Below are positions 38,909-51,916 of a stretch of DNA of 64,000 nucleotides, in pieces (within the stretch, counting starts at the first letter, position 1; every line of letters begins with the position of its first letter). Location: NCBI GenBank assembly GCA_036785375.1, contig JAWMAR010000611.1, forward strand, positions 620,001 through 684,000. The letters run 5' to 3'. A model generated the notes under the pieces. It saw only the letters and a program-made list of their open reading frames with translations, ran no database searches and was not told the origin of the DNA. The position numbers were made by a program, and so were the translations under genes. Source of the stretch: Leucoraja ocellata. Its lineage: Eukaryota.

Positions 38909-41900
38909 ATATCCTTGTACTCCCTGCATTTCCCTGTATCTACAATGAGCCTCTTAAACACTGCTAACATATCCACCCACACCACCATCATGCGTTCCTG
39001 CTCCGTACCACACTCCTTGTAAAATACTTGACTCGCCCATCTGCATTCAACGTTCCCCCTCACACCTTATAACTATGACTTCTGGTGTTGGACATTTCCA
39101 TCCTGGAAAATGATACTGACTGTCTACCCTATCAATGACTCTCATCATTGTATATCCTTCTATCAAGTTTCTAACAAGGACAGATTCCCCCTTGTCCTTG
39201 GCTTCCAACCCATCAGCTGCCGCATATAGCACATAATCCTCCGACATTTTCGCCTCTCCAACAGGATCGCACTACTAGCCACATCTTCCCATCTCCACCC
39301 CTTTCTGCTTTCTGCAGAGACAGCTCCCATTGCAAATCCTTGACCAACTCCTCCCTTCCCACCCAAACCATCCAGGTACTTTTCCCTGCAACACCTGTCC
39401 CTTAACCCCCATCAACTCCATCCAAGGACCCCTACAGTTTTGTCAGGTGAGGCAGAGGTTCACTCACCTCCTTCAACCTCATTTATTGTATCCACTGTTC
39501 CAGGGGTGGATTCTTGTATATCGGCGAGACCAAGCGTAGGTTCAGCGATCATTTTGTAGAACATCTCCGCTCAGTCCGCCTAAACTTACTTGATCTCCCG
39601 GATGCCCAACACTTTAACTCACTCTCCCATACCCACACAGACGTTTCTGTCCTGGGCCTCCTCCATTGTCAGTGCAAATTGGAGGAACAGTACTTCATAT
39701 GTTGCTTGGACAGCTTACACCCCAGCGGTATGAACATTGACTTCTCTAACATCAAGCAGCTCTTGCTTTTCCGCTATGGCCATTCCCTTCCCCTTCCCAG
39801 TTCTCCCACCGGTCTTGCTGGCTCCAACTACATTTTAACTCTGTACCGCCCACTCCCCCGACATCAGTCTGAAGAAGCCCGAAACGTCACCCATTCCAGG
39901 CCCGTACGAAGCTTTTCAAAAAAGGGGGGTGGCATGACAGGATTACAAAAACTTAATGTGAAATAAGCGGGCCCTGGAAGATCAGGGGTTTTAGATGCTC
40001 TCTGGTGCATTCTGAGCCTTATTTTGGAGCTTTTTTTTGCACCAAATTTATGACCAATATTTCAGAAATTAACAGGAATCTGAGAGGCAGCTTTTTCACA
40101 TAAAGGGTGCTGGGTGTATGTAACGAGCTGCCAGAGGAGGTAGTTAAGGCTGGGACTATCCTAATGTTTAAGAGACATTTGGACATGTACATGGATAGGA
40201 CAGATTCGGATGGATATGGGCCAAACGCGTGTGATTGGGACTAGTTTAGATGGGACATGTTGGTCGGTGTGGGCAAGTTGGGCTGAAGGGCCTGTTTCCA
40301 CACTGCATCATTCTATGACTAAAAAGTAAAGAAGAAAAATGTAGATAAGTAGAGCAGATTTGAAAGAGGAGTGAAATGTAAAGACAGAGAGGTTTATGGG
40401 TGGAAAGGAACATAGGAAAGGAGGGGGAGAGTGGGTTTGGGCAGATGGGTGAAGGGAAATTAGTCACAGAGTGCTGGAGTAACTCAGTGGGTCAGTCAGC
40501 ATCTCTGGAGAACATGGATAGGTGACACGTCACAGAGTGCTGGAGTGACTCAGTGAGTCAGGCAGCATCTCTGGAGAAACGGTATGGATTATATTTCGGG
40601 TCAAGACCGTTCTTCAGTAATATTCATGATATGGCATGCATGGACATTCCTGAATGTTACCCAAACTATCGTGAGCTACTTTGTTACGGTGCTTGCCCTC
40701 TCCTATAACGTCTCTGCTGCCTTGGGTGATGCAGGACAGGACACAAGCTTTGGGACACGGTGTGAAGCTGTTGCCGTCTGTCCCAGCTGGTTAAAAACCT
40801 GGATGGAGTTGATGTGGAGAGGATGCTTCCACTAGTGGGATAGTCTAGGACCAGTGGCCTCAGCCTTAGAATTAAAATACTTTACTTTTGGAAGTAGATG
40901 AGCAGGAATGTCTTAAGTCAGAGGGTTGGGAACTGTCGAATTAATTGCCACAGACAGCTGTGGAGGTCAAGTCAATGGACATTTTTCAGGAGGAGATTGA
41001 TAGATTCTTGATGGATACGGCTGTCGGAGGTAATGGGGAGAAGGCAGGAGAATGGGTTTGAGAGGGAAAGATAGATAGAGTCATAGAGTGATACAGTGTG
41101 GAAACAGCCCCTTCGGCCCAGCATGTCCCATCTGCACTAGTCCCACCTGCCCACGTTTGATCCATATCCCTCTGAACCTGTCCTATCCATGTACCTGTCT
41201 AACTGTTTCTTAAATGTTGCGATAATCCCTGCCTCCACTACCTCCTCTGGCAGCTTGTTCCATACACCTACCACCCTTTGTGTGAAAAACATACCCCATA
41301 GATTCCTATTAAATCTTTTGCCCTTCACCTTAAACTTATGTCCTCTGCTCCTCGATTCACCTACTCTGGGCAAAAGACTCAACCATATCTATTCAAATCA
41401 TGATTTTATACACCTCTATTTGATCATCCCTCATCCTCCTGTGCTCCATGAAATAGAGTCCCAGCCTACTCAACCTCTCCCTATAGCTTTGGCCCTCTCG
41501 TCCTGGCAACATCCTCGTAAATCTTCACTGTACTCTTTCCAGTTTGATGACATGTTTCCTATAACATGGTGCCCAGAACTGAATGCAATACTCTGAATGC
41601 GGCCTCACCAACTTCTTATGCAACTGCAACATGACCTCCCAACTTCTATACTCAGCCTGACCCGCTGAGTTACTCCAGCACTCTCTGAAACGTCACGGAA
41701 CAGGGCAAGATTAGCAAGTTTGCTGATGATACAGAAGTGAGTGGTTTTGCAGATAGTGAAGATGGTTGTGAAAGATTGCAGCAGGATTGGATCAATTAGC
41801 CAGGTGGGCAGAGGAATGGTTGATGGTTGCATGGTTCCTTGAAGGTCGTGTCGCAGGTATATCAGGTGGTTAAAAAGTATTTTGGCACTTTGGCCTTCAT

Positions 41901-42069
41901 CAGTCAGAGTATTGAGTATAGAAGTTGGGAGGTCATGTAGCAGTTGTATAAGACGTTGGTGAGACCGCATTTCGAATATTGTGTTCAGTTCTGGGCACCA
42001 TGTTATAGGAAAGATGTTGTCAAGCTTAAAGGAGTGTCTGTTATAGGTAAGATGTCAAACTGAAAAGAG

Positions 42070-43125
42070 TACAGAGATCCCCATCCTGGATCAGTCCAAT
42101 CAGGGTTGTGTCATCCACAAACTTGAGAAGCTTGACAGAGGTGTCTGTGGAGGTGCTGTCGTTGGTGTGGCGAGAGCAGAGGAGAGGGGAGAGTACGCAT
42201 CTTGTGGTGCTCCTATGCTGAGCGTTTGTGGGTGATATGCTTTCCCGCCTCACATGCTGCTTCCTGTCTGTCAGAAAGCTGGTGATCCACCGACAGAGGG
42301 GTTCAGGCACAGTGAACTCAGAAAGTTTGGAGCGTAGTAGCTCTGGCACAATGGTGTTGAATGCAGAGCTAAAATAAAAAAACAAAATCATCGCATAGGT
42401 CCCTTGGCGGTCTAGGTGCTGGAGGATGTAGTGCAGGCCCAAATTGACTGCGTCATCCACATATCTATTGGCCCAATATGCAAAATGCAGTTTCCAGCAG
42501 AGGGATTGTGATATTTTTCAGCTTGGCCAGCACAAGCCTTTCAATGGTCTTCATGACTACAGAGGTCAGTGAGACTAGCCTGTAGTCATTAAGACCAGTA
42601 ATCCTTACCTTTTTGGGTACAGGGACAATAATGGAGACTTTGAAGCAAGCAGGGACAGTACGTCTTTGCAGGGACTGGTTAAAAATTAGTAATTGGGTGT
42701 GAAGTGGTGATTGGAATGGGGTGGGTGTAGAAGGGCCCAGGCTTTGCAGACTGAGGTCAGGCTGTGAGTGTGTGTGAGATGTTGGTTGGGGTGGGAAAGG
42801 GTCCACACTTTTCATACTGTAGTCTTGCCTTAAGTAGGTGTGAAGTGGCGAATGGGAAGGAGAGGGTGCAGGGTCCATTCTTTACAGACTGGGGTCTGGC
42901 TGTGTTGTTGGGCAGGGGGTACCAGGGTTACGTTTCTGACTTTCAAACCTGCAATAAAACTCATTCAAGTCGTTCGTCAGTTGACGATTGTCCAAAGAGT
43001 GGAGGGGCTTTCTTCTTATATTCTTCCATGCCCTTCCAAACTGAAGAAGAGTCATTAACTGAGAACTTGCTCCTCAACTTGTCAGAGTACCTTTCCTTGG
43101 CAGCTCTGATTCCTCTTCTCAGCTC
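42070..43125 (-). mobile_element. Rex1/Babar LINE fragment
   Basis: [55 protein letters not shown]. Confidence 0.85.
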
Positions 43126-43559
43126 TTTATCGATTAGGCCATCTTTTAACTCTTTAACGATTAGGCTATCGGCTTGACGCATATTTTCCCCCACCCCCCG
43201 ATGAATTGAAATGTTACATCTGTATATAATGATCCCATTAAAATGTATATTTACGTCACAAACTATGGAATTCATATTTTTCAATATTGTTATCAAGGAA
43301 AAGAAAGCAGTTCCAATTGTTTGATATTATTTGATATTGTTTAATATTATTCATATGGAGGAGAAAAAATAATAGCTCTAAAACCTAACTTAATTTGGGA
43401 ATCTCACTAAAGATAATCCCCCTTTCCCTCTCCCCTCCCCATCTCTCTTTCCCCTCCATTCCCCTCTCTCTCTCCCCCCTCCCCCCTCTCACATCCCCCC
43501 TCTGTCTGGCGGGGGTGGCGAAGATGAAGGTTGCGTGGGCCTAGCGGGTGGGGGGGGGG

Positions 43560-43890
43560 TGAAGGTGGTGTGGGGTCAGCAGGGGTGGCATGGGCCCAGC
43601 GGGGGTGGCGTGGGCCCAGCGGGGGTGGTGTGGGCCCAGTTGGGGTGGCATGGGCCCAGTGGGGGTGGTGTGGGCCCAGCGGGGGTCAGCAGTGGTGGCT
43701 TGGGCACAGCGGGGGTTAGCAGGGGTGGCGTGGGCCCAGCGGGGGTGGCGTGGGCCCAGCAATGATGGTGTGGGCACAGCGGGGATCAGCAGTGGTGGCT
43801 TGGGCACAGCGGGAGTTAGCAGGGGTGGCGTGGGCCCAGCGGGGGTGGCGTGGGCCCAGCAAGGGTGGCGTGGGCCCAGCCGGAGTGGCG
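43560..43890. repeat. G-rich 20-bp minisatellite
   Basis: Repeats of GGGGGTGGCGTGGGCCCAGC and variants. Confidence 0.92.
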
Positions 43891-46800
43891 TGGCTTGTCG
43901 ATGTCTAGTGCATTATTTTACTACATTTTCTCTGGTGATTCAGCGTACTTTCATAAGTTCAGATATTCATGAATCATAGCAGCATAATTGTATCATTCGG
44001 CCTGTCGAGTCTACTCTGCCATTCAATCGCCGCTGACTTATCTTTCTCTCTCGTACCCATTCTGCTGCCTTTCCGCCAAAGCCCTTGACTCCCTAACTAA
44101 ACACAAATCTGCCAATCTCCGCTTTAAAACAGAACCATATAACTTGGCCTCCACGGCTGCCCGTGGCAATGAATTCCACAGATTCATCGCTGATTAAATA
44201 AATTCCTCATTTCCTTTCTAAGTCTATGTACTTTTACACTGAGGCTGTGCTCCCTTGTCCTAGACTTTCCAATGAGTGGAAACATCCTCTCCACATCAAC
44301 CCTCCTCGGGACTTTCAATCTCAATCAGTCGCAATAAGGTCTCACCACATCCTTTTAAAGTCCAGCGTGCATCGGCCTAACACCGTCAAACGCTCATCAA
44401 AGGTTACCCCAATCGTCCCCGGGATCATTATTCTAAGTCTCATCGGATCCCTCTCCAAGTCCAGCTTATCCCTCCTCAGATACTGTATGGGCCCAAATTC
44501 GGCTCAACATTTTCCATATCCTTGTTGGCCAATTCTACCAACCTGTCCAGTTCATCTGCAGGCTCCCTGCTTCCTCTACACTACCTGTCCCTCTACCTAT
44601 GTTCATATCATCTGCTAACATGGCCACAAAGTCAAGTGCTTTGAGATTTTCTGCATCTATAAACTTAGATAATTTACGTTGATGTTAAAATAGATGTAAG
44701 AGAGAAAACTGGGAATTACAGACCAGTTAGTCTAACATCGGTAGTGGGGAAACTGCTAGAGTCAGTTATTAAAGATGGGATAGCAGCACATTTGGAAAGT
44801 GGTGAAATCATTGGACAAAGTATATATATATATAATATATAGATACTATATATAAGCATCTGGATAAACAGGGTCTGATTAGGAACAGTCAACATGGATT
44901 TGTGCCTGGAAGGTCATGTTTGTCTAATCTTCTTGAATTTTTCGAAGATGTTGCTCGGGAAATTGATGAGGGTAAAGCAGTGGATGTTGTGTATATGGAC
45001 CTCAGTAAGGCCTTTGACAAGGTTCCTCATGGAAGGTTGGTTAAGAAGGTTCAATGGTTGGGTATTAATGGTGGAGTAGCAAGATGGATTCAACAGTGGC
45101 TGAATGGGAGATGCCAGAGAGTAATGGTGGATGGTTGTTTGTCAGGTTGGAGGCCAGTGACGAGTGGGGTGCCACAGGGATCTGTGTTGGGTCCACTGTT
45201 GTTTGTCATGTACATCAATGATCTGGATGATGGTGTGGTAAATTGGATTAGTAAGTATGCAGATGATACTAAGATAGGTGGGGTTGCGGGTAATGAAGTA
45301 GAGTTTCAAAGTCTACAGAGAGATTTATGCCAGCTGGAAGAGTGGGCTGAAAGATGGCAGATGGAGTTTAATGCTGATAAGTGTGAGGTGCTACATCTTG
45401 GCAGGACAAATCAAAATAGGACGTACATGGTAAATGGTAGGGAATTGAAGAATGTAGGTGAACAGAGGGATCTGGGAATAAATGTGCACAGTTCCCTGAA
45501 AATGGAATCTCATGTAGATAGGATGGTAAAGAAAGCTTTTGGTGTGCTGGCCTTTATAAATCAGAGCATTGAGTATAGAAGTTGGGATGTAATGTTAAAA
45601 TTGTACAAGGCATTGGTGAGGCCAATTCTGGAGTATGGTGTACAATTTTGGTCGCCTAATTATAGGAAGGATGTCAACAAAATAGAGAGAGTACAGAGGA
45701 GATTTACTAGAATGTTGCCTAGGTTTCAGCAACTAAGTTACAGAGAAAGGTTGAACGAGTTAGGGCTTTATTCTTTGGAGCGCAGAAGGTTAAGGGGGGA
45801 CTTGATAGAGGTTTTTAAAATGATGAGAGGGATAGACAGAGTTGACGTGGAAAAGCTTTTCCCACTGAGAGTAGGGAAGATTCAAACAAGGGGACATGAC
45901 TTGAGAATTAAGGGACTGAAGTTTAGGGGTAACATGAGGGGGAACTTCTTTACTCAGAGAGTGGTGGCTGTGTCGAATGAGCTTCCAGTGAAGGTGTTGG
46001 AGGCAGGTTCATTTTTATCATTTAAAAATAAATTGGATAGTTATATGGACGGGAAGGGAGTGGAAGTCAAGTGCTTTGAGATTTTCTGCATCTATAAACT
46101 TGGATAATTTACGGTGATGTTAAAATAGATGCAAGATGCAGTATTTCCATCATTGCAGGTTTCCATCTTTCTTTTAACAGAGAACCAAAGTGATTAACTA
46201 GTCTAAAGAAGGGTTTCGGCCTGAAACGTTGCCTATTTCCTTCGCTCCATAGATGCTACCTCACCCGCTGAGTTTCTCCAGCAGTTTTGTCTACCTTCGA
46301 TTCTCCAGCATCTGCAGTCTCTTCTTGAACACCAAAGTGATGATATCAGTTGATAATGTTTATTCAGAATTTTCAAATACTTGTTGTATTTTTTGTATAT
46401 TTGTTGCACAAAAAGTGGTGCAGCCCAGGTCCGGTAGTGAAACTGAGAAAATATGTGACCTTAACCCAACTTGCCAACACGGATAACTTTATTCTGGACT
46501 GCTACAGTCTCTGTAGGATTAATTCAGTTTTTGGTGAAGTCTGAAATAAATATAGATGTGTCCTCGTGCTTTAGAGCCGGCGGCATTTTGGGGTGTAATT
46601 ATTGTAGACATAGTGCAGCATATGAAGTGAATCATTTGCACATAGGTGGGATTAGTTTATCTTGGCATTATATTTTGTAGAGAGATTGTGAATTGAAAGG
46701 CATGTAACTACTGTACATTTCTATGGTCTATATAGTGTCTTTGCAAGACTATTGTGGAGTGCTACAGAAGGTTGAGGCAGATTGTGATTTAAGCATATAC

Positions 46801-48283
46801 AGACGTTGGGCTTGACAGATGGGTGCGTGTTTCAATATTAAGTATGGAAACGTAAGGCCTAACGTGACATAGAATTGTGCTTCAGAACATGGTACTATAG
46901 TTATATTATTTTTTTAGTTTAGTGATTCAAAATATCATATAAATAAATACAGCCCACAAACAATGACATTGTCTATTATAGTAGATATAGGGGCGGCACA
47001 GTGGCATATGGGGCGACAGGCTGGCACAGTGGTAGAGCTGCTGCCTTACAGCACCATAGACCAAGATTTGATCCTGACTGGAGGCTGTCTATACGGTGTA
47101 TGTCCCTTCTCCATGTGACCGCGTGCGTTTTCACCGGGTGCTCCGGTTTCCTCCCACACTCCAAAGACGTATAGGTCTGTTGGTTGATTGCCTTTGGAAA
47201 CGAATGTAGATTGTCCCTAGTGTGTTGGATAGTGCTAGTGTATGGGCACCACTGGTCGGAGTGGGCGCGGAGGTCTGAAGGGCTTGTTTCCGCGCTGTGT
47301 CTCCAAACTAAACAAAACTAAATATGAGAAAAGAAAACACAATGCACTGTGAAAAGAGCGGTCCTTGTTCCCCATGATCATTATTTCCTTTTTATGTCCA
47401 GTGAGTTTAATGAATATGGAGGCTGGGTCTAACATGGTTTATGCGGGGCAAAGACAAGCTTAGATAATACAAGAAGTTGGACAATATACCGTCGTTTTTA
47501 TTATTTTTAGTGTGTTTTGAAATTTGTGCTAATGTTCTCTGGTTTGTTTTATGTGGGGGGTGAGGGAGGGGATCGGGGGAAAGTTTTGTTCAATCTCTTA
47601 CCTTGCCAGAAGCTCGAGTCCCCCGACCGCGGGAGAACAAAGAAGGGAAGAGGTTGAACTTTTTTTTGCCTTCCATCACAGTGAGGAATGTGGAGGAGTC
47701 ACTGTGGTGGATGTTCATGTTAAAATGTATTTTGTGTGTTCTGTGCTTTTTATTGGTATGACTGGATGGCAAATCAAATTCCTCGTATGTTGCAAAACAT
47801 ACTTGGCTAATACAGTATAATTCTGATTATGATATTGTGAGATTAAATAAACAACAACGGGTAAAATGCATGTTGCCTCTGATTGTGGTGAATACAGAAA
47901 ACAGACTAAAAATATATACACAGGTGTAGAGATTTATTGAATATTGGCTGTAACGGGACCTTAGGAAGGCAATGTTTGTGGCGAACATTAAGCCCAATTA
48001 AACAGATCTGCCTGTCCTGATCCATATCCTTGTACTCCCTGCATTTCCCTGTACCTACAATGAGCCTCTTAAACACCGCTATCATATCCACCCACACCAC
48101 CATCATGTGCTCCAGGTCCGTACCACACTCCGTGTAAAATAGTTGCCTCGCCCGTCTGCATTCAACGTTCCCCCTCACACTTTATATCTATGTCTTCTGG
48201 TGTTGGACATTTCCATCCTGGAAAATGATACTGACTGTCTACCCTATCAATGACTCTCATCATTGTATATACTTCTATCAAGT
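43890..48283 (+). repeat. Local segmental duplication, copy B (with chimeric CR1 insert)
   Basis: Colinear with copy A from CTTGTCGAT.TCTAGTGCATT to CTTCTATCAAGT. Confidence 0.92.
44702..46063 (+). mobile_element. Chimeric, tail-less CR1 insert flanked by a 73-bp direct repeat
   Basis: A 120-bp piece of one CR1 subfamily, a (TA)n linker at 44820-44853, then a second subfamily giving RT ORF 44902-46107 (YADD). Flanks 44629-44701 and 46064-46136. Confidence 0.88.
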
Positions 48284-49455
48284 CGCCCACGAACCTCCAA
48301 CAATCCAGGGAAAACAATCCATGGATATCCACTCTCTCCCTGTGGCTGATCCAGGCAGCATTCTGGTTAACCTGTTTTGTACCCTCTCCAAAACCTCAAT
48401 TTCTTCCCTTTAATGGGGTGATCGGATCTGTACTCAATACTCCAATTGCTGCCTCATCAAACTCATATAGAACTGCATCATGTTCCTGACCCTTATGCTC
48501 AACACCCCTAGCAATGAACGCAAGTATACCATACATCGACTTTACCATCTACATGTGCTGTCAACTGCAGCGAGCTATGAACTTGGATTCCAAGATCCCT
48601 CAGCACATCCATGTTCTTCAGAATCTAGCAATTTACTGTATAATTGATGATCATTGAATGGTGGCGGCTTCACGTGAATTAAAATGGATTTAAGTTGGTA
48701 AGCGATGATCAAATGTGAGGGAAATGCCTTTTGTGATTTAAATGGAAACTGATTATAATATGTTCACTGTGGAGGAATGATGTGTTGTTTCCAAGACCAT
48801 ATGTAATAACAAAAGGGATTGAAGCATCTTTTATATACAGAGCCAAGCCAAATGTTATTAAGTAACTAAGAAGAGACATTGAGGGTATGAGTCGGGATTG
48901 GCTGGGATAGACGGGCAAATTATACTTAAAGTGTTGATGGTGGAGAAGCAATTCCAAATATTTAAGGACTGCATGGATGAACTCCGAAATGTGTTCATCC
49001 CCGGCTAGAGAAAGAAATAATATGGGGAAGGCGGCTCAACGTGACTAACGAGGGAAATCAAGGATAGTGTTAAATCCAAGGAAGAGGTTATATAAATTGG
49101 CCAGAGGACTGGGAGAAATTTAGAACTCAACAGGGGACGAAAAAAGGGTTAATTAAGGCGGGAAAGGAGAGCATGAAAGAACGCTTGCGTGGAATATCAA
49201 AACTGACTGCAATAGCTTCTTTAGATATGTAAAAAGGAAAAGATCAGTGAAGAAAATGTAGGTCACTTACAATCAGAGACAGGTGAATTTCTAATGGAAA
49301 GCAAGGAAATGGCAGAACAAACAAGTACTTTGGTTCAGTATTTACTAAGAAAGACACAAACAATCTCCCACAAATACTAGGGGACCGAGGATTTAGTGGG
49401 AGGGAGGAACTGAAGGGAACCCACGTTAGCCAGGAAATGATGTCATGTAAACTGT

Positions 49456-51916
49456 AACCCTCCACTCCGCTCTGGACCACTTGGACAACAAAAACTCATA
49501 TGTCAGACTGTTATTCATCGATTACAGCTAGGCATTTAACACAATCATCCCCTCCAAGCTGGTTACCAAACTCGCAGAACTGGGTCTCTGCGCATCCCTC
49601 TGCAATTAGATCCTCGACTTCCTCATTCACAGACCACAGTCTGTTCGTATTGGTGGAAATGTGTCAGCCTCGATTACAATCAGCACGGGAGCACCTCAAG
49701 GCTGCGTGCTCAGCCCCCAGCTGTACTCACTCTATACTCATGACTGCGTAGCCAGTCAAAGTGCGAACTCCATCATCAAATCGCTGATGACACCACTGTT
49801 GTGGGACGTATTACTGATGGGGATGAGTCAGAGTATAGAAGAGAGATCGAGCAACTGTCCATATGGTGCCAGCGCAATAACCTGGCCCTCAACACCAGCA
49901 AAACCAAGGAGGCATAGATCATGCGAGTCTCAGCTTATCCTGACGACAAATGACCTGGCCAAGAACCTTGATAGTAACGTCATCACGGATTTAGTTGTGC
50001 TGGACTTTTCTAAAGCATTTGATGTCATCCCGCACCAGAGACTGCTTTGGAAGCTTGACTTCTATGGTATTCGTTCCAACACGAAACGATGGATTTCCAG
50101 TTTCCTGACAAAATGTCTTCAGCGTGTGTGTGTGAACGGAAAGAGCTCCAATTGGCATCCAGTGTTGAGTGGTACACCTCAGGGCACAGTACTTGGCCCA
50201 CACCTATTTTTGCTTTACATAAATGACATCCATGAAAAAGTCGCAAGTACGACCAGACTTTTCGCTGATGATTGTTTGCTGTACCGTCCAATTAAGTCAG
50301 CTGATGATGAAGATGCTCTCCAAAAGGATCTTGATACTATGGTTGAGTGGTCACAACAATGGGGCATGCAGTTCAACCCTTCCAAATGTGAAACTATGCG
50401 TGTCACCAGAAAGAGGAATCCAGGCGAAATATCTTACAATATACTTGGTACCACCCTTGAAGAATCCAAACAAACCAAGTATCTTGGCATCAAATTGCAG
50501 AATGATCTGCGTTGGAATGGTAAGACTCATCATGCAACGGTGAAAACGGTGAACGGTGTCCTAAACTTTCTGAGGCGCAACTTTCATCATTGTTCAACTT
50601 CTGTCATGGAGAAGCTATACTTCACCCTCGTTAGACCTCATTTGGACTACGCAGTTGCAGCATGGGACCCATACACAGATAAAAACATTTCTTCCATCGA
50701 ACGTGTCCAAAGACAGGCCGCTCGATTTGTTACTAACACCTATGAGAGAGAAGCGAGTGTCACCAAACTTCTGAATTCTCTGGGGTGGAACCCTCTCCAA
50801 GACAGACGTGAAGCTCACCGTTTGACCTGTTTTTACAAAATGTTAAATGGTCAGCTCGACATAGACTACAAGACCTACACCAAACCCAAACCAATTAGGA
50901 GCAGACGAGGGCATTCGATCCAATTTGTGATCCCAGCTACAAAGACAGATGTATACAGCAATTCGTTCTTCCCCCGCACAATTAAAGCATGGATAATCTC
51001 CACCCAACTATAGTTACCCAACCAGATGCAACTAAATTTAAAGTAGCTCTTTCTTCCCAATAACCCCTTCTGGCTTAAGCCCTCCCTTCACCACCTCCAG
51101 TTTAAATTCCATTTGGAATATTTTGGAGGACCAAGAAACCAAGAACCAAGAACCAAGAACTGATTGTGGACTTTGGAAGGAGTAGGAGGGGAACCCACAG
51201 CCCCATTTATATCAACGGGTCGATGGTTGAAAGGGTCAAGAGCTTCAAATTCCTGGGCCTGCACATCTTTGAAGATCTTTCCTGGTCCGAGAACACTAAT
51301 GCAATTATCAAGAAAGCTCATCAACGCCTCTACTTCCTGACAAGATTACGGAGAGTCGGCTTGTCAAGGAAGACTCTCTCTAACTTCCACAGGTGCACAG
51401 TCGAGAGCATGCTGACCGGTTGCATCGTGGCTTGGTTCGGCAATTTGAGCGTCCTGGAGAGGAAGAGACTACAGAAAGTAGTACACACTGCCCAGTCCAT
51501 CATCGGCTCTGACCTTCCTTCCATCGAGGGGATTTATTGCAGTCGCTGCCTCAAAAAGGCTGGCAGTATCATCAAAGACCCACACCATCCTGGCCACACA
51601 CTCATCTCCCTGCTACCTTCAGGTAGAAGGTACAGGAGCCTGAAGACTGCAACAACCAGGTTCAGGAATAGCTACTTCCCCACAGCCATCAGGCTATTAA
51701 ACCTGGCTCGGACAAAACTCTGATTATTAATAACCCATTTTCTGTTATTTGCACTTTATCAGTTTATTTATTCATGTGTGTATATATTTATATTATGGTA
51801 TATGGACACATGTATCAGTTTTGTAGTAAATGCCTACTATGTTCTGTGTGCTTAAGCAAAGCAAGAATTTCATTGTCCTATACAGGGACACATGACAATA
51901 AACTCACTTGAACTTG
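49456..51916 (+). mobile_element. Rex1/Babar LINE 3' part
   Basis: STGAPQGCVLSP.LYSLYTHDC, KTKELIVDF, and ORF 51166-51723. AATAAA plus (CTTGAA)n tail. AACTGT is duplicated at 49450-49455 and 51917-51922. Confidence 0.88.
49909..51150 (+). mobile_element. Divergent CR1-group LINE nested in Rex1, open RT C-terminal frame
   Basis: SCESQL, LDFSKAFD, GTPQGTVLGP, FADDCLLY, YFTLVRPHLDYA in ORF 49661-51013. (ACCAAGA)n tail. AACCAAG at 49902-49908 and 51151-51157. Confidence 0.85.

Larger units (their letters stand above)
33250..39168 (+). repeat. Local segmental duplication, copy A (about 3.2 kb plus a CR1 insert)
   Basis: 33250-36154 plus 38909-39168 are colinear and highly similar to 43890-48283. 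Paired ORFs: 33348/43988, 33586/44226, 34178/46253, 34275/46350. Confidence 0.92.

Noticed and set aside
40584-40835. Hydrophobic ORF as an Ig transmembrane or leader exon
   Set aside because: No CART-type TM motif or convincing splice sites, and it is flanked by Penelope and CR1 debris.
43560-43890. Class-switch (S) region
   Set aside because: G-rich, but it lacks AGCT repeats and lies 14 kb upstream of V rather than in the J-C intron.
49661-51013. Novel 450-aa gene
   Set aside because: An in-frame junction of Rex1 and a nested LINE RT. It lacks the N-terminal RT motifs and any gene context.
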